Source of the DNA: Anthoceros angustus
Taxonomy: Eukaryota; Plantae; Anthocerotophyta
DNA: 64,000 bases
Assembly (NCBI GenBank): GCA_010909165.1
Contig: MU008187.1
Span: 765,901-829,900 of the forward strand
Direction of reading: 5' to 3'
Shown: one piece after another, positions 60,961 to 64,000 of the stretch
Layout of the letters: every line of letters starts with the position of its first letter
Numbering within the stretch: position 1 is the first letter of the stretch
The notes under the pieces: model-generated
The model's input: the letters and a program-made list of their open reading frames with translations, nothing else
What the model was told of the DNA's origin: nothing
Database searches by the model: none
Program-made: the position numbers and the translations under genes

Positions 60961-62819
60961 ACGAGGCGACACATCGCAAGTAAGTATGTACCATTAGGCT
61001 CCCCCATGTGTAGCAAACGCTGAAACTCATGGCGCCAAAGAAACCATATGTGGGTCTTTCAACCGCTCTCAGCGTACAAGAGAGTGGGTGGGCGTGTTAA
61101 TGCGGAACCTCAAATGCGCTCGTGCGATCGAGGATTGAACTCTCATTAGGTACCGCTTAGCTCATGTCAGATCAACATCAACAATGGCATGATGATGAGT
61201 GCCAAGAAGACTTAAATTCTTTAGCAGACCTTAAGGAGAGGCGAATCGAGGTTTAAGACTCGGGCTCAAGTGGATGGCCGAGGAAGCATTGCCCCATTAG
61301 CCCTTATTCTATTCATTCCCACCGGATCTTTTACACATTAAAGGGGCACGAGTCCCAAGCAATAGCCTTGAAAGCACCTAAGGGACAACATAGCTACGCT
61401 CCATACAATCCTCTATCTCGCCATCAAAATATCTCCGAGGAGCACACTACGCTAAGCAGCCCTCGTGCTCAAGCACTGCTTGTCATATATCATGCCATTT
61501 CATGCCAATGGTTTCCCTCAAAAGGAAAGAAGCATTAAAGCTTTATTTGTAGGCTTGCATGGGTCACCATCAAAACCTCATCACTCATATGCTTTCACCC
61601 GCTACCCGCCTTGGTAATTGCGAGTTGCGGCATGGGGACCTCTTCCACCTCCAATATTGTGTCCAAAGATTGAGTTTGATCGGGATGACGAGCTATTTGC
61701 CATTCTTTGGAGTATCAAGGAGGATAAAAGTGTTTGAGTTTGCAACGGTGGTCAATGACATATGATGTGCATTGTCCGGTAGAAATGTCTACCCGCTCCA
61801 AATTGAGTTGTCCGAGTTGGAACAAGTACATAAAGTCGCACATTGCGGCGTGATTATGAAGGGATTGTTACGATATGGGATGTGAATACGTGCGAGCAGC
61901 ATCACGGAGTATGTGTGACAGCCTAGCCCTAAACCTCACCAAGTTTATTACTTGGTTCTCGAGGGATGCGTTACGCCGTCCATCGGCTCCACTCCACCGG
62001 CTAGTTTGCAATCTAGTTTTCTCAACTAAGCCCGAAGTGTTCGCCACTAAGAAGCCGAGAACTTTTGCACAAGAAGCTGCAGTGGAGCCGAGCATGCTTA
62101 ACCCCGAAGGTGCCTTTTGCCCCATTTTGGCGTTTTTCCGTTATTATGAATTTCTAATTACAAGAAAATCTAATGTTCTCAACACCACAATTACCGTGAT
62201 GACCTCCTCTTTCCAACCATATGTTCGGAAAAAAGCACCACCCCTGAACATGCACAAATTTCCATAGCCATTTCGATCCACCTTGGGCACCGGAGGTGAG
62301 CATCTTTCTTTGCCTACCATGAACTAAGGTGAATCAGATACGTATGTACACAAGAATGTAGGGGATCATGCGCATGACACTTTGGATCCTAAGCGCCCGT
62401 GGCCGACCTTTCTTCGAGAAACAGAAGAGTCGAGCAGTAGAAGAGAGGGTCTCTTAGTTTCCTTTTGTGCGCCATATGTGTACCACTTTTACCTACTAGA
62501 GATTTTAGAACGTAAAAGTGAACGAACGCTTGTAAATAGTAATAGTTTCTAATTTTACAACGAGTGTGTTGTAAATGGTAATCGCTTCCGACTTAACAAC
62601 GGAGCGCTGCAAATAGTAGTTTCCAAAGTCGTTTACAAACTCACCAGCACTGTGCACGAGGTAGGTGACGCATGGCCATGTGAGGCGGGTGCAATGCATG
62701 CAAGATCTTGTCCAAGGCGGAACATGCTTGCACACAAATCTTGATATAAAGGCGGGTTCATGTCACAAGTAGATGTTTACACTCTGCGACGTATGTGTTG
62801 AGAGCCTGTATGTCGATTG

Positions 62820-63085
62820 CCCTCGGGGTGTGGGAGAACCGGGCTTGCCATCGGGGTGTGTGGACGTGGGGAGCGTGTACTAGTGTACTTGAGGGCCATG
62901 CGGCTTGCCATGTATGTGAGGTGGGGAGCTTGTGTAGCTAGTGTAATTGAGGCCATGGCCCGCGGGTGTGAGGTGGGGAGCTTGTGTAGCTAGTGTAATT
63001 GAGGCCATGACTGGGGTGTGAGAGCTTGCCATCGGGATGTGTGACAGTGGGAGCTCATGTAGTAGTGAGGCCATGTACCGCCATC
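62820..63085 (+). repeat. Degenerate tandem repeat
   Basis: GTGAGGTGGGGAGCTTGTGTAGCTAGTGTAATTGAGGCCATG twice, plus diverged copies. Confidence 0.7.
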
Positions 63086-64000
63086 GGGTGTGTGATGAGA
63101 GTGTGTATTATAATTGAGAGTCTATGTGTTTGAGAGAAGCGAAGCCAACCATGCCTCTGCACATTTTAGAAGGAAGGTCATGAGAAGTGCGGAAGGCTTT
63201 GTAAAGCGGAAGAAGAAGAGCGGAATTTGACGTCCATCCGACACACACAAGGCCCGCTGACCTTGTTTGCTTAAGATTGTCCGTTGGCTTTGCAGGCGCT
63301 TCAAGGATTGCTTGACTGAGAGATTGCGACTTTGCTTAGCGTGGCAGCCACATGTTAGTCCGCTTCCTCACGCTACCGAAGGCAGAATCGCTTTGGCGCA
63401 AGCGGAGCTTGTCATTCTCTTGGAGCGAACTTCCTTCCTACAACGACAGGATTGTCTTGCGCCCGGTGGCCGTCGACAAAAGTCGTGCCTGATTCTCAAT
63501 GGGGTGTAATAAAGATGGGGCAGAGAGAAGAGAGGGGTCCTTATTACAGTCATGTTGCAATTGCATAAGGGAATTAATAAACAATGCGTATGAGAGAGGG
63601 GATGTAGTTAAGAGGGTGAAGTGGTAGGAGAGAGGCAGTTCGATGTTAAGATTGTAGGCCCACTTGGGGAAAAAGAAATGACAAACTCAATACCAAGCCT
63701 CCAAATGATGTTGCAAGTTAGAAGTGTAACATAAAATTGCAACAACAGTATGTAACATAGGCTGCCCTTTCTAGTAGGAGTCTGAGGTTCCGGCTTCTAG
63801 CCCGCCCTTGCATCCAGGCATTCAGAATCGCACACTTCTTTTTCTCCCGCGATGAGGTTTCGCTGGGGCAGTCTAACCATTAGCATGTTCTCTTCCGGCT
63901 GCTTTAACTGGGGCCTCTATCGATGACCTTAGGGCCTACTTAGCGCGTTGTCCAATGGGTGGATAGCGTATTGCTACACATGGTGCCGTCAGGGGCGTCG

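Noticed and set aside
61550-61600. GGTCACCATCAAAACCTCAT similar to the reverse complement of 57127-57147
   Set aside because: Match too short to define an element; at most a hint of a second decayed transposon copy.

Overview
Eukaryotic, early-diverging land-plant nuclear DNA. It is most consistent with a hornwort (Anthoceros-like), inferred from PLS-class PPR genes ending in the DYW:KP 'GRP' domain, a WW-type PG box, TTTAGGG repeats and short introns. The window has three parts. (1) A rearranged left end (1-11.4 kb) holds three DYW:KP copies, a 1.6 kb duplication, an interstitial telomeric tract and a microhomology-stitched mosaic. (2) A housekeeping block (11.3-26.5 kb) holds GMP synthase, AP-1 gamma-adaptin, an ATL RING-H2 E3 ligase, a type I metacaspase, an RluA-type pseudouridine synthase and TRAPPC2L. 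(3) A TE/PPR-rich part (27-64 kb) holds CRE-like non-LTR retrotransposon relics with a restriction-like endonuclease, a head-to-head pair of RNA-editing PPR genes, PPR pseudogenes, Copia relics and minisatellites. The most notable signal is that both head-to-head PPR genes, one WW-type lacking the DYW deaminase and one KP/GRP-type, carry an OSB-type 'PDF' single-stranded-DNA-binding motif upstream of the PPR array. Part of a third PDF motif lies at 4.4 kb. Many frameshifts in the repetitive parts look like long-read consensus errors, so pseudogene calls there are tentative.
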